From the NCBI RefSeq assembly GCF_009914755.1, contig NC_060927.1: a stretch of DNA of 64,000 bases; one strand, written 5' to 3'. Positions 1 to 12,713 of the stretch are shown piece after piece. This stretch comes from the human T2T-CHM13v2.0 reference genome, Homo sapiens. The position numbers and the translations under genes were made by a program. Each line of letters starts with the position of its first letter. Position 1 is the first letter of the stretch. The notes beneath the pieces were generated by a model. That model did not search any database, was not told the DNA's origin, and saw only the letters and a list, made by a program, of their open reading frames with translations.

Positions 1-99
1 AATTCCATACAATTTGCAGTTGATCTTTACAAAGCAAAATAATTATAAGAAAAAAGGACATGTACATGTGAATGGGGTATTTCCAGGGACCTGTGAAGC

Positions 100-475
100 A
101 GGCCAAATAAAGACGATACTCTAGAGATAGCAATATATGAGGAGCTCCAAATAGAATGTTTCCTCCTGTGGCTACAAGGCTACTGGATTTTACAGCTACA
201 GTGTGGTGGCAAAGCTGCTCCTTTTCAAGGCTACCACAAAGCTGTATGCAGAGGGGAGGTGTAAGTTGAATTAACATACCATAAGTCCTGCTGTTCTTAC
301 TGAGGCTCAGTCATTTTCTTCTTGAATAAGTAGTTCTCAGATTATTGCAAGCTTTGATTAGTTTCCAGAGTTCTGTAAAAGTTGATTTTTTTTAACTTTT
401 GCCAGGTTTTTTTTTAATTGCTATTATAGACAAATGGATTTACAGACATTCTTACTCCCATCCTGGAAGCTCTGC
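100..475 (-). mobile_element. Ancient L1M 5'-end fragment
   Basis: Resembles the recalled antisense L1MC/MD 5' end (cctgctgttcttactgagg...ccagagttctgtaaaagttgatttt); degraded, boundaries approximate. Confidence 0.4.
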
Positions 476-939
476 ATCTTTATACTATTTTCACAGCTTC
501 CTATATGTCTATAATTAACGAAAAATAAAAAGTTACAAGAAAATACGAAATGATCCAAATCACAAAATCACTCTGGGAGCATGGAAGAGCTACTGAGATA
601 AAGCAAGTTAGATAAAGGGAAGTAAGGTAGAAAATCAGAGATAAGTGGAACATGGCTTTTGCCTGAGAATATTTCTCAAACTATTAGGAATGATCTATAG
701 TTTTACTAGTTTAACAAAAAGTGAATATAAGCCCAGGGTATGACCAAAGGGAGAATCTAATAAGTGATCCCAAGGGGCTATACTCTCAGTGTAAATGTAA
801 ATAAGAATTAAACCCAGCACAACTACTCACCACTTTTAAACCACTGCAAGAAAACCTGCCTTGGTATAGCACACAGCAAGAAAAACAAGTGTGCCTGAGA
901 AGTTAAATGACTAGCCAGCTCTCAACTGAATTCACAGCC

Positions 940-1400
940 TGGAGTAGTTTTAAATATGTCACCAAACTATTTGATATGTTTCCCTTTAAGGAGTGGAGAC
1001 TAATTTCCTTTTTCTTGACTGTGGACTGAAATTAGTGCCTTGTAATCAATAGAAAACACGAGTGGAAATGATGGTTTGTGACTTTAAATTCTGTGTAATC
1101 AAAGATTCTTCCTCTGTCTCTTTGTTAGATTGCTCGCTCTGGGGGACATTGGATCCTATCTTGAGATCAGGTCTATGCAGAGGTATATTTATCAAAGAAA
1201 TGAAGTTTCCAGACAACAGTCAAGTGAGGGAGATATCTTGTAAGGCAATTCCCTAGCCCCAGTCAAGACTTCAGATCATCGCTGCCCAGACAACATCTTG
1301 ACTGCAACATCATGAGAGACTGTAAACTGGTACCACTCAGATAAACTGTCCCTAGATTCTTGACTTTCAAAAACGCTGTGACGTGCTACACTTTATCGTT
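940..1400 (+). mobile_element. MLT1 (MLT1F-like) MaLR solo LTR
   Basis: Typical MLT1 motifs: gccccagtcaagacttcagat...catcttgactgcaacatcatgagagac...gattcttgact. Confidence 0.65.
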
Positions 1401-1802
1401 ATATGTCACACAACAAAAATGTCTATTTCACAGCCCAAATTCCTGTTACATAAGTGTTGAGAAAACTCATAAATCTAGTATGTCTCTTTCCAATAGACAC
1501 CTAATTTCCTAGTGGAAATAAGAGAAAGAAATTCTCTCTGGAAAAATATATCTCATTTTCACAGTATTCTCAAACAATTTTCATAAGTATTATTTTCAAA
1601 AGAAAATAATTAATGTAATACAAAATATTTCTAAGTCACAAGGAAATAATACACTGAATTAAAATGCATATAAAAATTATACTAATAGAGCTATAATAAT
1701 CTTACATACTGGAATTAACAGAAACAGAATATAGAGGTAGGGAAAGAGGCTATTCTTGCTATTCAAAAAAAAAAAAACTTAAAAGGAGGGCAAGAAAAGT
1801 TT

Positions 1803-2300
1803 TATTAGTAAATAGCATGAAACCAAAGTTGGATGTGCATAACAGGCAATCTTTCAGACATTACGAAGTCAGAAAGAGGTTTTACTCTTTTATAAAGCCA
1901 ACCAGGTATAACCCATCTCATACAGGCTCTGAAGATAAACAACAAAGAGTCTTTAATTAAGAGGACTTGACAGCACCATTTGTCATACATAGATCACCTT
2001 AAACTTTCATAGTAATTGTCGTAGCCACCTGTATTTGTTAATTGTCTTAATTCAAATAAAAAATGAACTACTCACGTCTTTGCAACTTGGAGCTAGGTGC
2101 CAGCTGAAGTTAGACACATAGTCCCATGGAAACTGGGAGATACAGATGCTACCTTTCTTGATGATTACATCTCAAAAGGAAGGTTCCCAGTTTCCTTAAG
2201 CTGACTTCTAAATAGAACATTAAAAGCCACAAGCCAATGGTCACCATTAATATAAAGAAAAGTAAATGTTCACTTAGAATTTTATACCAGTTTTTAAGCA
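1803..2300. mobile_element. Old LTR-like repeat (ERV1-class, subfamily uncertain)
   Basis: Motif gatgattacatctcaaaaggaaggttcccag resembles a recalled old LTR consensus; not confidently assigned. Confidence 0.3.
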
Positions 2301-2305
2301 AGGGG

Positions 2306-2716
2306 GTGAGGGTTGAATTGTATCCCCCAAAAAATATTTGTTGGAGTCCCAACCCCCAGTAAATCAGAATGTGTTCTTATTTGGAGATAGAGTCTTTACA
2401 GAGAGAGATAAACAAATTAAAATGAGGTCATTAGGATGGGCCCTAATCCAATTTAAAAAAGGGGAAATTTGAAAACAGAATCAGACACACGTAGAAGGAA
2501 TATAATGTGAAGAGACTGAAAAAGAAGACAGTCGTCAACAAACTAAGGAGAGAGGCCTGGAACAGATCCTTCCTTCAGAGCCCTCAGAAGGCAACAACAT
2601 TACAGACACTTTGATTTCAGACTTCTAGCTCCCAGATCTGTGAGACAATGCATTTCTCTTGCTTAAGCTGCCCAGCTTGTGCTACTTTGTTACAGAAGAT
2701 CTAAAAACCTAATAAA
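2306..2716 (+). mobile_element. MLT1B-like MaLR solo LTR
   Basis: gggttgaattgtatccccc...ttaggatgggccctaatccaat...gacttctagctcccagatctgtgagacaat...tactttgttacag. Confidence 0.8.
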
Positions 2717-3232
2717 GAGTAAAATAAATATATTAACAGACAAATTTATGGGAGTTTCCTACCATTTTCATTAAAGAAAATATGAATGATGTGGAAGGTA
2801 ATCCAAGAAAGAAGACATGAGACGGAAAAAGGAAAAAGGTCAAATAAGCAACCAGCAGAAAGCAACATTAGCTTTCTAACCAATAATATAGAGTTACAAA
2901 GAAATAATTAAATTAAATATCATATAATACAATACAAAATCGGCTAAATATAGTTAATGTGTTTAAAATTTTTTATTAGGGAGAAGAAAAAATACAATAA
3001 TTGACTTTATACTTTAAAAAATTAAGAATGCAAATTTTAATTTCTAAATTAACCATGAAAAGAATAATAAAAAGTTTTGGATATACCAAAAAAAGAGGGT
3101 TGACTACAACAAATTGATGAAAAGATGGAATGATAAACTTAATTAACAAACACAAAAGAAAACAAGAAAAGAAACAGAAATATTAGAAGTAAATCAAATG
3201 AACAGAAATGGATGATAGTTACACATTCAATA

Positions 3233-3664
<432 letters not shown>

Positions 3665-4050
3665 ATATCACTAATTACAGTAAATATAAATAGATAAAAT
3701 GATCCAGTCAAAAGACAATTGTTTTTACGATTAGATTTTTTTAAATCCAACAATGTGTTTTGTTCATGAACTATATCTAAAACATGTAGTTACAGAAATG
3801 TTGAAAAGAAATTGGAAAAGATGCAGTTTTTAGAAAAGATGATTGTCAAAAAGAAACATACATATATTAATATAAGGCTAGTTGTTCTTTTAGACCAGAC
3901 ATTTTCAGATAAAAAGAAGGCAATTGAACAGTGATTTCAGTTTTCTAGAATGAAGTATTTATTTTATGTGTGTAGGCAGTTAATATAATAAACTCTCAAA
4001 TTATATAAAAACAAGTTTACACAAAACAATTGAAAATATTGATGACAATG
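3665..4050 (+). mobile_element. Degraded L1M ORF2 endonuclease start
   Basis: attacagtaaatataaatagataaaatgatccagtcaaaagaca resembles TLNVNGLNxPIKR; A-rich L1 strand bias over 480-4250. Confidence 0.5.
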
Positions 4051-4602
4051 ACTTTAATTGATGCAAATTATTTTTCCTGTGAATATCATGTAATTGGAAC
4101 ATCCTCCATAATTACATTTTATAATTATTGCATACGAACCCTTTTAGTGCATGGGAACTAAATCTTTTACTGATAGTTAAACATATCAGTCTTTAATATA
4201 TTTGGCTCAAGCACATCATTTTACAAATGAAGTAATTCAGGTTAACAGATATTAAAGGAGAACTGCTTGGATAACATTAGTGAAAGAGCTAGAGATTAGT
4301 CTTGACTTCTGATTCAAAGCTCTTGGCATTATTTTACAATATCTGCAGTTATAGTCATTTTTGCACTGAAAAGAAAAGAGGAACCATAAACATTCTATTC
4401 TCTCAGTTATAATTTTATAGCAACTATTTAATTTAGACCCCAACTTTTGTTCACTGAAGACTTGGTCTCATGAGACAGTTCACATTGCATTCTCCATGCA
4501 CCCCTGCCTTTGTAATTGTATGCTTGTGTGTGACCCAGTAAACATGATGAGAAAGGCTCGTGATGTGCTAATTGTAACAAAGATAATCTGTGACAAAAGA
4601 AT

Positions 4603-5399
4603 AGTACTTTGGGCAACAGAAAATAATTACCACTAGAACCACGTTTGCAATGAAGAACTTACTAATGAATCCTAGATTTAATTAAGGGTGATGATACAAA
4701 AAAAAGTTTATTTTTATTCTCAGAATAGAAGATAATGCTTCAATTCTAAAAATACAATTAAAAGCTAAAAATTTAATTCCAGGAATTTTTTAATGTGCTT
4801 CTTCTGTTTTTGACACATACACATCAAATGTTTGAAGATTCGAATTCAGGTTTGACAATACATCTTATTTCCAGGAAATAAGAAATGTTTAAAATCCTTC
4901 TACCTTCTTTTTCCACTACATATCGACTAAGTTCCATGGCTTAGCAATATCTTATATCTGCCAATTTATCTCACATTTTATATTTACATATTGTCATCAA
5001 CTTTTGCCTAGACTATCACAACAGTATTCTGCTTGCATTCCCTGTACCTGTTTTTGCTCCTTCTTAATACTGTCCTTAAAATCAGTTTGAGACTTTCTTT
5101 TCCAAATATGTTCATTACTCTTCTTCTCTGCTGTCTGCAATCACTTTCTCTTACTTTTAGAGAAATTTCAAATTGTTCAACCCTACATGATAAACACTCG
5201 ATTACTTCTATAGCAACATATACCCGGAGTCCCCATTACCCTTCCTCATTCCTTCCACAGACCAGTCAGCCTGGATTACCTCAGTACTTTAGAGAAAATT
5301 TACCACTAGAACCATTTTTGCAATGAAGTCCTTACTAACAGATCCTAGATTTAATTAAGGTTGATAATATTTAAAAAATAAGTTTATTTTTCTTCTCAG
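4603..5399 (+). repeat. Local direct duplication of ~120 bp (4603-4723 and 5283-5399)
   Basis: Both copies read agtacttt...taccactagaacca..tttgcaatgaag..cttactaa...tcctagatttaattaagg.tgat...aagtttattttt.ttctcag. Confidence 0.9.
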
Positions 5400-6270
5400 G
5401 GTTGATGTCAGGATAGATATCAATCCTTTCCAGTGTCAGGGTTTTGCCCATGCTATTTCTTCTGCCTGAAAGGTTCTATTACCCAGTCATTAGCTGGTTA
5501 ACTCCTATTCATCCTTCAGTTATCAACGTGAGTTATTTCTTGAGAAATGTTTTTCCTAATAAGATGCAATTTAAATTAGTACTTTTTATCAATTAGGCAT
5601 CAGTTACAAAGGGTAGGCACTCAGGTAGACAACCTGTAATGGCTCCAAGAACAGGCACAAGTGGCTGCCAACCGAGAGAGTGTCTGCCTTTGTCATAATC
5701 AGGAAGAGGGAGAATCAGGAGGCCATTACTGGAATGGCTAACATCAAGAACTTACAATTATGGCAACACTGGCCTGCACTTCCTAACTGCCACAGACCCT
5801 GAACTTCCACAAAGCAAGTGACTAGGCTGAAATTATAATTAAGAAAAAAAAATCAACCCTACAACCATGTTTAAAAGCAGCCATAAGCTCAAAAAGTCTC
5901 ACTTCTGCCTTCAATATCTCATTTTGGATCTTCTAACTTAATTCAATTTGCATCTAAGTCCCTGACTGCAAGTTTTATAGCCTCTGTAGAACAAAAAGTA
6001 CACCAGAGGAAGGCTGAAATAGATGCCAAATGCCAAATACAATATCCACAATAGCCTCCTTTTACATTATAAGACCATACTTCTCTTACCATGATTTTAC
6101 TTCCTTGCCTCTATATACAATAGACCTCTTGCTGGTTTATTTTCTTTTGTATTATCTGTCTGCTCCATTAGATTATAAACTTCTGACAATATGAGCCAGT
6201 TTATTTACTATTACTTCAGTGCCTGACCTGCAGAGATCCACAGTATGTTTTCATTGAGAAAATTAATCAG
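4900..6270 (+). mobile_element. Fragmented L2 3' region
   Basis: cagggttttgcccatgctatttcttctgcctg; tagattataaactt...cagtgcctgac, L2-like 3' end. Confidence 0.45.
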
Positions 6271-7546
6271 ATGTATCAGACCTCATTTCTAAATAGGTTC
6301 AAATCTCAGCTCATTTACTAAGTTGTAAAACACATGTAAAAACTTCTCAATCTATGTTGCTTCATTGACTTATCTGAAAATCAGGCTAATAACTAGATGT
6401 GAATAGCACCCAGCCCTCTGTTTTTCTCCCACATCAGGCAGCTTGTGTTATGTAGAAGTCCTAAAATTCTTGGCACGGGGCAAGCAGGAGCTTCCTGAGT
6501 GTATAATGCCCACAACTAGCCTATGATGCCAAGGGCCTCTGTCCAAGATGAGGTTTGGCAAAACATATGTCAATTATGTCTTCTTTGTCACACTCAGGTT
6601 GTCACTGCTCAGGTACTCCTGATCCTGAGACACCAGAGAGGGCTTATGGCTCCAGCCTCATTTGAAGCATAACTTTTCCTGGGACACAACTTCCATAGCC
6701 TTAAGGATAGATGTGAGTGGAGGAAATTCTGAATCATTGATTTCCCCTGCCATTCCTAAGCCAATGACAAGTCAAATTCAGTATTAGAAGACAATTGCAC
6801 CATAACCCGCTATCTAAGCCCTTCTGCTTAAGAAACTCCCTCCTCCCTCAAGCCCTGGTCTGTCCCTCAAGCCCTCAAAAGAATTGTCCACAGTGGAGTG
6901 TTTGTGCGGAGTGTTTGTGTGGGTAGTGGGCAGCAGGGGAATAGTTAGCAATTGGTAGCAACAGCTAGATGCATCTCCTTCCTTCTGTAGAAATGGGAAC
7001 CCAATACAACATTAGTTACTTTCTGGGCTAAATGTTCTCAGGCTCAGCTCATACGGCTGTCTTAAGACTCCATTAAGGCAAGATTCCCAACTTCCAGGCT
7101 TCTGTCTTCTGCCTAGCATAGATGTCTAGCTTCTTACGTGTCTGTAAATGTCTCTGTAAGAAACAGGAAAAACTTAGTCACCATCAAAATGAAGGATGTT
7201 GAAGGGAAGGGAGGCCTTAGAGCAGTTTCTATGCTCCAAACAAACTGGGGTTTATGAAGACGGAAAGCAGGTCTTTCCTCCTTTGTGAAGAAAATACTGA
7301 AAGAGCTACTTTCTGCTTATAGGGGAGATAGGACCAAGATTAGCTTAATTCCTCCTCCTCCTAGTAGGAAGCCTGAAACTGTTGCCTGTAAAAGTCTCTA
7401 TTTATTTTTTTATTGTTCTCTTCTCCTAATTCAATCCCTGCTCCCTTTCATACCCCAGATGTACTACTACAGTTTCCTCTATTAACTCTATGATACTGGC
7501 ATGAATGACCACTCTTGGCAACTTTCCTTTAAGATTTATCCAGCCA

Positions 7547-7932
<386 letters not shown>

Positions 7933-10900
7933 TCAGGCCCCATATCTTATGTGGGCAGAGGGAGGATGGGGGCAAGATAACTCTTGAGCCTGTGAAATAA
8001 ATGTCTGCCCAAGAAAGATGCCTCTACTGGAAGGCTAACTAGATGCAGCAGGGAGAGAACTATTTTCCCATTAGGGAGTATACTCTGTCCCCTCTCACAT
8101 GGGAGCAACTGTCTCTTCAGAATATCTGGGCTGCCATCTTAGAGCAAATTGTCTTGCACCTTGAAACTTTAGAGAAAAAAGGAAACAAACCAGAGAGTCG
8201 TGTATGTGCCATTCTTGGGGGTTATTTGCATTTATATTAAACCTAAAGTTGGTTTAGAAATCTTGACGTTATCATTTATTATAATTTATTTATTTTCCAA
8301 TTTGTCTAACATTATATTTACACACATTGTTTAAACAGTATCTACATTTTTTTCTCAATTATACTCTGGACTATAGAACCCCATAGGTAGACTTGATCTA
8401 TATTAAATTTACAGTCTAGCTTTATTCTGTCCTTTATCATTTTCTTAGTGGACTCCCCAGATAACCCTCGTAAACCTACTTCTATTTCACTGGATTCCAA
8501 TTACTATACCTTTCCACCCCGCAACAGCCCACAGACTGCAGAGGAGAACGTCTCTCATTTCTGAGAAGTCCTCTGTCATATAAGACACATTTTCCCCCTT
8601 TCTAGCTCCATACAGTTTTTATTTATACCAACGGTCTCATCTTCTTTATAGTCTTATATGAAAACCTTTATTAATGTCTATCTTCTAGAGTTAACTGCTC
8701 ACTAAAATGAATCCCTATGCTTATAGACTTCATCCCTCCCTAAAAGACCTTGCTCTTGTATTTATGCCTTCCTTTCCAGCATCATTAATCTTAATATTCC
8801 TCTAGTCCAGCTCCTCTACTGTCTAATATATTACTGCCCATGTTATGCTTTAAACATCATTTTTGTCATGTCACTCCCTTTTCCAAATCCTTCAAAGATG
8901 ATTTCTTTCAATAGCTTCCACTTTTTAAAGGCTTCCACTATTTTAATTCCCCCCTTTTAATTCAATAGTCTATTCAATATTTTCCCCAAACATAATCTTC
9001 ACTGTATTCAAGACAGTGTCTACAGTGATTCAAGTCCATCATATTCTTGCTACTTGGCCTATGGTGGGCATTCAGGACATAGTGGAAAATTAGATGTATG
9101 CAAGTTCATTCTTAATGTCATAAATTCAGGTTGTCTCTCACATCTGAATTCTCATTTTCTTATCTTTTGGGCTATCAGAATCTTAGATGGTTTTAAATCT
9201 AACTTTAGCTCCATTTCCTTTATGAAACCTTTCAATATTCAAGTCTTAATTCATACTCCGTTTGTTTGAATATTTAGGAAACATAGCTTATATCAAACAA
9301 GTATACATTAGTCATGGTTCATTACAGGTTTTAAAAAACACATCATTTCAAGTAGAAAGAGAAAAAAGGATTTAGTAAAGGAAAAGTGCTTACTACATTG
9401 AAAGAAGAGAAGAAGAACAGACTTTCCATTGATTGGGCTTCTGGAAATGATATAAAAAAATACCACTAAATTGTAAGGCTGGAGAAGCTGCTGACTTTGC
9501 TACAGTCAAGGGGAATCCGGAAGCCATAGCATTGTTGCTAACCACAGGAATACTTTAATAGTAAACTGGGCATGATAAAGAACCTACCACATCTATTGAC
9601 TGCAAACTGTACTGTACCCGTTAGATTTACACAAAATTGAAGCCTTCATCCCAGTACCCAGGGATAGATTCAAGGACATTGGCAATGGGATAGAAGAAAA
9701 ATCAAATGCTTCCATAATACTGCTTGCAAAAGTTCAGTGTTTTCTTTACTTTCAACTTCCAAAACACAGGAGTTCATTTAGTGGGCTGAGCTTTTACAAC
9801 ATATGAAACAAGAGATGCTAAAGACTCTGAGGAATTGAATTTTTAGTCTTTAGTTTATGTAGTATAGCTAAAGGAGGGATGAATATCAGGTACGGACTCA
9901 ATGTATTCTCCACAAGTGGATTATTATATTTTATTACTTTGTTTTTGTTTGATGCATAATGATTATGTCTTCCCAAATATATAATTACTTGATAAATAGC
10001 TAACTGAGATGCTGTCATATTGTAGAAGGAAAACAAAATACTAAATTACACAAGATTTAATACGTTTATACCCTAGTCCTCCAACAGGCTTTTGTTTGTT
10101 TGTTTGTTTAATCATGGAAACAGTCACTTAGTTTCTTTAGGTCACATTTAATTTGAGAAGATTTTACTAGGTAATGTCTTGGTCCCTCCTGATAGTCTAT
10201 TATTTCATGATTGATTGAACTATATCTTGTTTAAGTAGACAACCCATCTGCTTGCTGGGAGAAAATTGTGTTTTACTATTAAATGCTCACTTGCGTGTTT
10301 CACCTCAAAAGATACTAGAGGAGAGATTTGGGAGTCACACAACATTGACATTTTACTTTTTCTCTGAGGGTGGTTAAATGCACACACTTTTATTCTTTTT
10401 AATGATAGGTACTGACTTGAAGTGCCTTGTCTAACAGCTGTTTGAATGACTTTAACACGTTACATGGAGCACTCACTGTAAGAACTGTATCTCTAAATCC
10501 AATTCTACATGACTTAGAGAGAGTCAATATCATTCTGACTTTTCCCCAATACAAAATCACACTCTCCTGACTTTCATTCTCACAGTATGCTCTCAGCCAT
10601 TGATCCGCCATTTAGAATGATGGATCTTTCCTATCTTTTGCTATCACTGGCAGCCAGTCCTTAAACAGATGGGACTACAATCACTCCCTGTGGATGGTCT
10701 CCCTAAATAACTACCTGTCGGCTGAGTTGTAACTAGATTTGGAGACTGATGCCTATATTACTGCACAATAAGATAGTTTGGCTTGAGCTCCACAGTGATT
10801 CCAAGAATAAACTTGGCCTTGCTAAGAATCCACATTTAAAGTGGCAGTCTAGTATACATCATTTCTAATTTCATTTGGAATGGTGTAACTGGGAACATTT

Positions 10901-11537
10901 TTGCCTTGTATCAGACCTTGATCAATTTCACTGCCAGATCCTCTAAGGAAGGAAGAGAAAATTCTCTACTAAAGATGATAATTTCTTCCTTAAACCCATA
11001 GAAAATAGCAAAACTTGTCAGCAAATGATGCTTAAAATAAAATTTTCAAATGAAAACTTACAAAACTACCCCAACATTTGTAGATTCTTGTCAACATTCT
11101 CATTATGTATATGCGCCAACTTCCTTTTGTGAAACCCTTAATAGGTAAAGATATTTAACAAGTCTCATATAGAGTCCAAATTAGTTCAGGTATGTTAGTT
11201 CATCAAACAATATTATAAGAGAAAAGATACATTTATAAATTAGGTAACTAAATACAGAAACCTTTGAAGATCTTTGGGACAGGATTTCACCAAAAGTAGT
11301 TAATATTCCAATTTCCAAAGGAGAATAGTGAATCTATGATTCGTTGGAACCCCTTTGCAAGGTTTTAAGACAAAGGATTAAAAACATATAAATTTATCAT
11401 GAAAATCAGGGGTGAGCAACAACTTAGTAAAATAAAGCAATGGCAGACTAACATTAATTTATTTTTGGATACTATGTCAGACTGGTATTTGAGATAAATG
11501 AATTCAAAAGACATATTTATTCCAGTAACGTATTTGG

Positions 11538-11541
<4 letters not shown>

Positions 11542-11591
<50 letters not shown>

Positions 11592-11871
11592 AGACGCAGT
11601 CTTGCTCTGTGGCCCAGGCTGGAGTGCAGATCGCAATGTCGGCTCACTGTGAGCTCCGCCTCCTGGGTTCACGCCATTCTCCTGCCTCAGCCTCCCGAGT
11701 AGCTGGGAGTACAGGCGCCCACCACCACGCCCGGCTAATTTTTTCTATTTTTAGTAGAGACGGGGGTTTCACCGTGTTAGCCAGGATGGTCTCGATTTCC
11801 TGGCCTCGTGATGTGCCCGCCTCGACCTCCCAAAGTGCTGGGATTACAAGCGTGAGCCGCTGCGCCCGGAC
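11542..11871 (-). mobile_element. AluY with 49-nt pure poly-A
   Basis: T49 at 11542-11590; TSD gtatttggcag at 11530-11540 and 11873-11883; CpG-rich. Confidence 0.95.
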
Positions 11872-12129
11872 AGTATTTGGCAGTTTGTTAGTTGGATTTA
11901 TTTTAGTGTCCATGTGCAATATATTGAAGTCAAAATGTAGTAAGAGCACACAATTATCCTTCATAAAAAGAAACTCATCAGTACAGTTGGTTCATATTTG
12001 TGTTTCTTCATCCTCAGTTTTCATAATTCTAGATGCTCATATAGATAGGACCATATTCTGCTAAAGAAGATTGGCGTTTCTCTTGTCAATCTCTTTCTTT
12101 TTAAGAAAGATGCAGTCTTTCCAGGGTTT

Positions 12130-12544
12130 GTTATTCTAATTTCATATCTTAAGGCTCATTGATCAGAAATGTGCTAAAATCAAGGTATCTACCAGGCTAC
12201 ATTCGTTTCTGGAGGCACTAGGGATAAATACACTTTCTTGACTTTCGAGTTCCTATGGGATGCCCACATAGCTTGGATTGTGACGCCTTCGCATCTGCAA
12301 AGTCATCAATAGCTGATAAATATTTTTCATATCATGTCACTGTGACTGACTCTTTTTCCTCTCTCTTTCATTACAATGACCCTTCTAATTACATTTGGGA
12401 TCCCTAGATAATAAAAAAATCTTCTATCTCAAGGTAGTTAATTCCATCTGCAACTTCAATCCTCCTTTGCCTAGCATAACATACACACAGGTTCTGGTAA
12501 TTAGGATGAGAATGTGTTTGGCAGGCCATTATTCCACCTAACAC
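12130..12544 (-). mobile_element. MLT1C/D-like MaLR LTR
   Basis: aaaatcaaggt...ttctggaggcactagggataaat...cacaggttctggtaattagga...ccattattccacctaacaca. Confidence 0.7.
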
Positions 12545-12713
12545 AGTAAGTCACCAATATTTTATATTGGAGTTTCATAGTATTATGAGAGGCACAACGG
12601 TGGTAAATTTGGGGAATACATTTATTGAGCCTCCACTATGTGCCACTTCATGACTTCTGGTTATCTCACTGATTTTTTTTTTTCAAATTTACTCATTAAC
12701 TTATATATGGATA

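Noticed and set aside
11498-12064. 188-aa ORF and other Alu-overlapping ORFs (26591-27049, 55629-55949, 49139-49431)
   Set aside because: Translations of Alu and simple-repeat sequence, not genes
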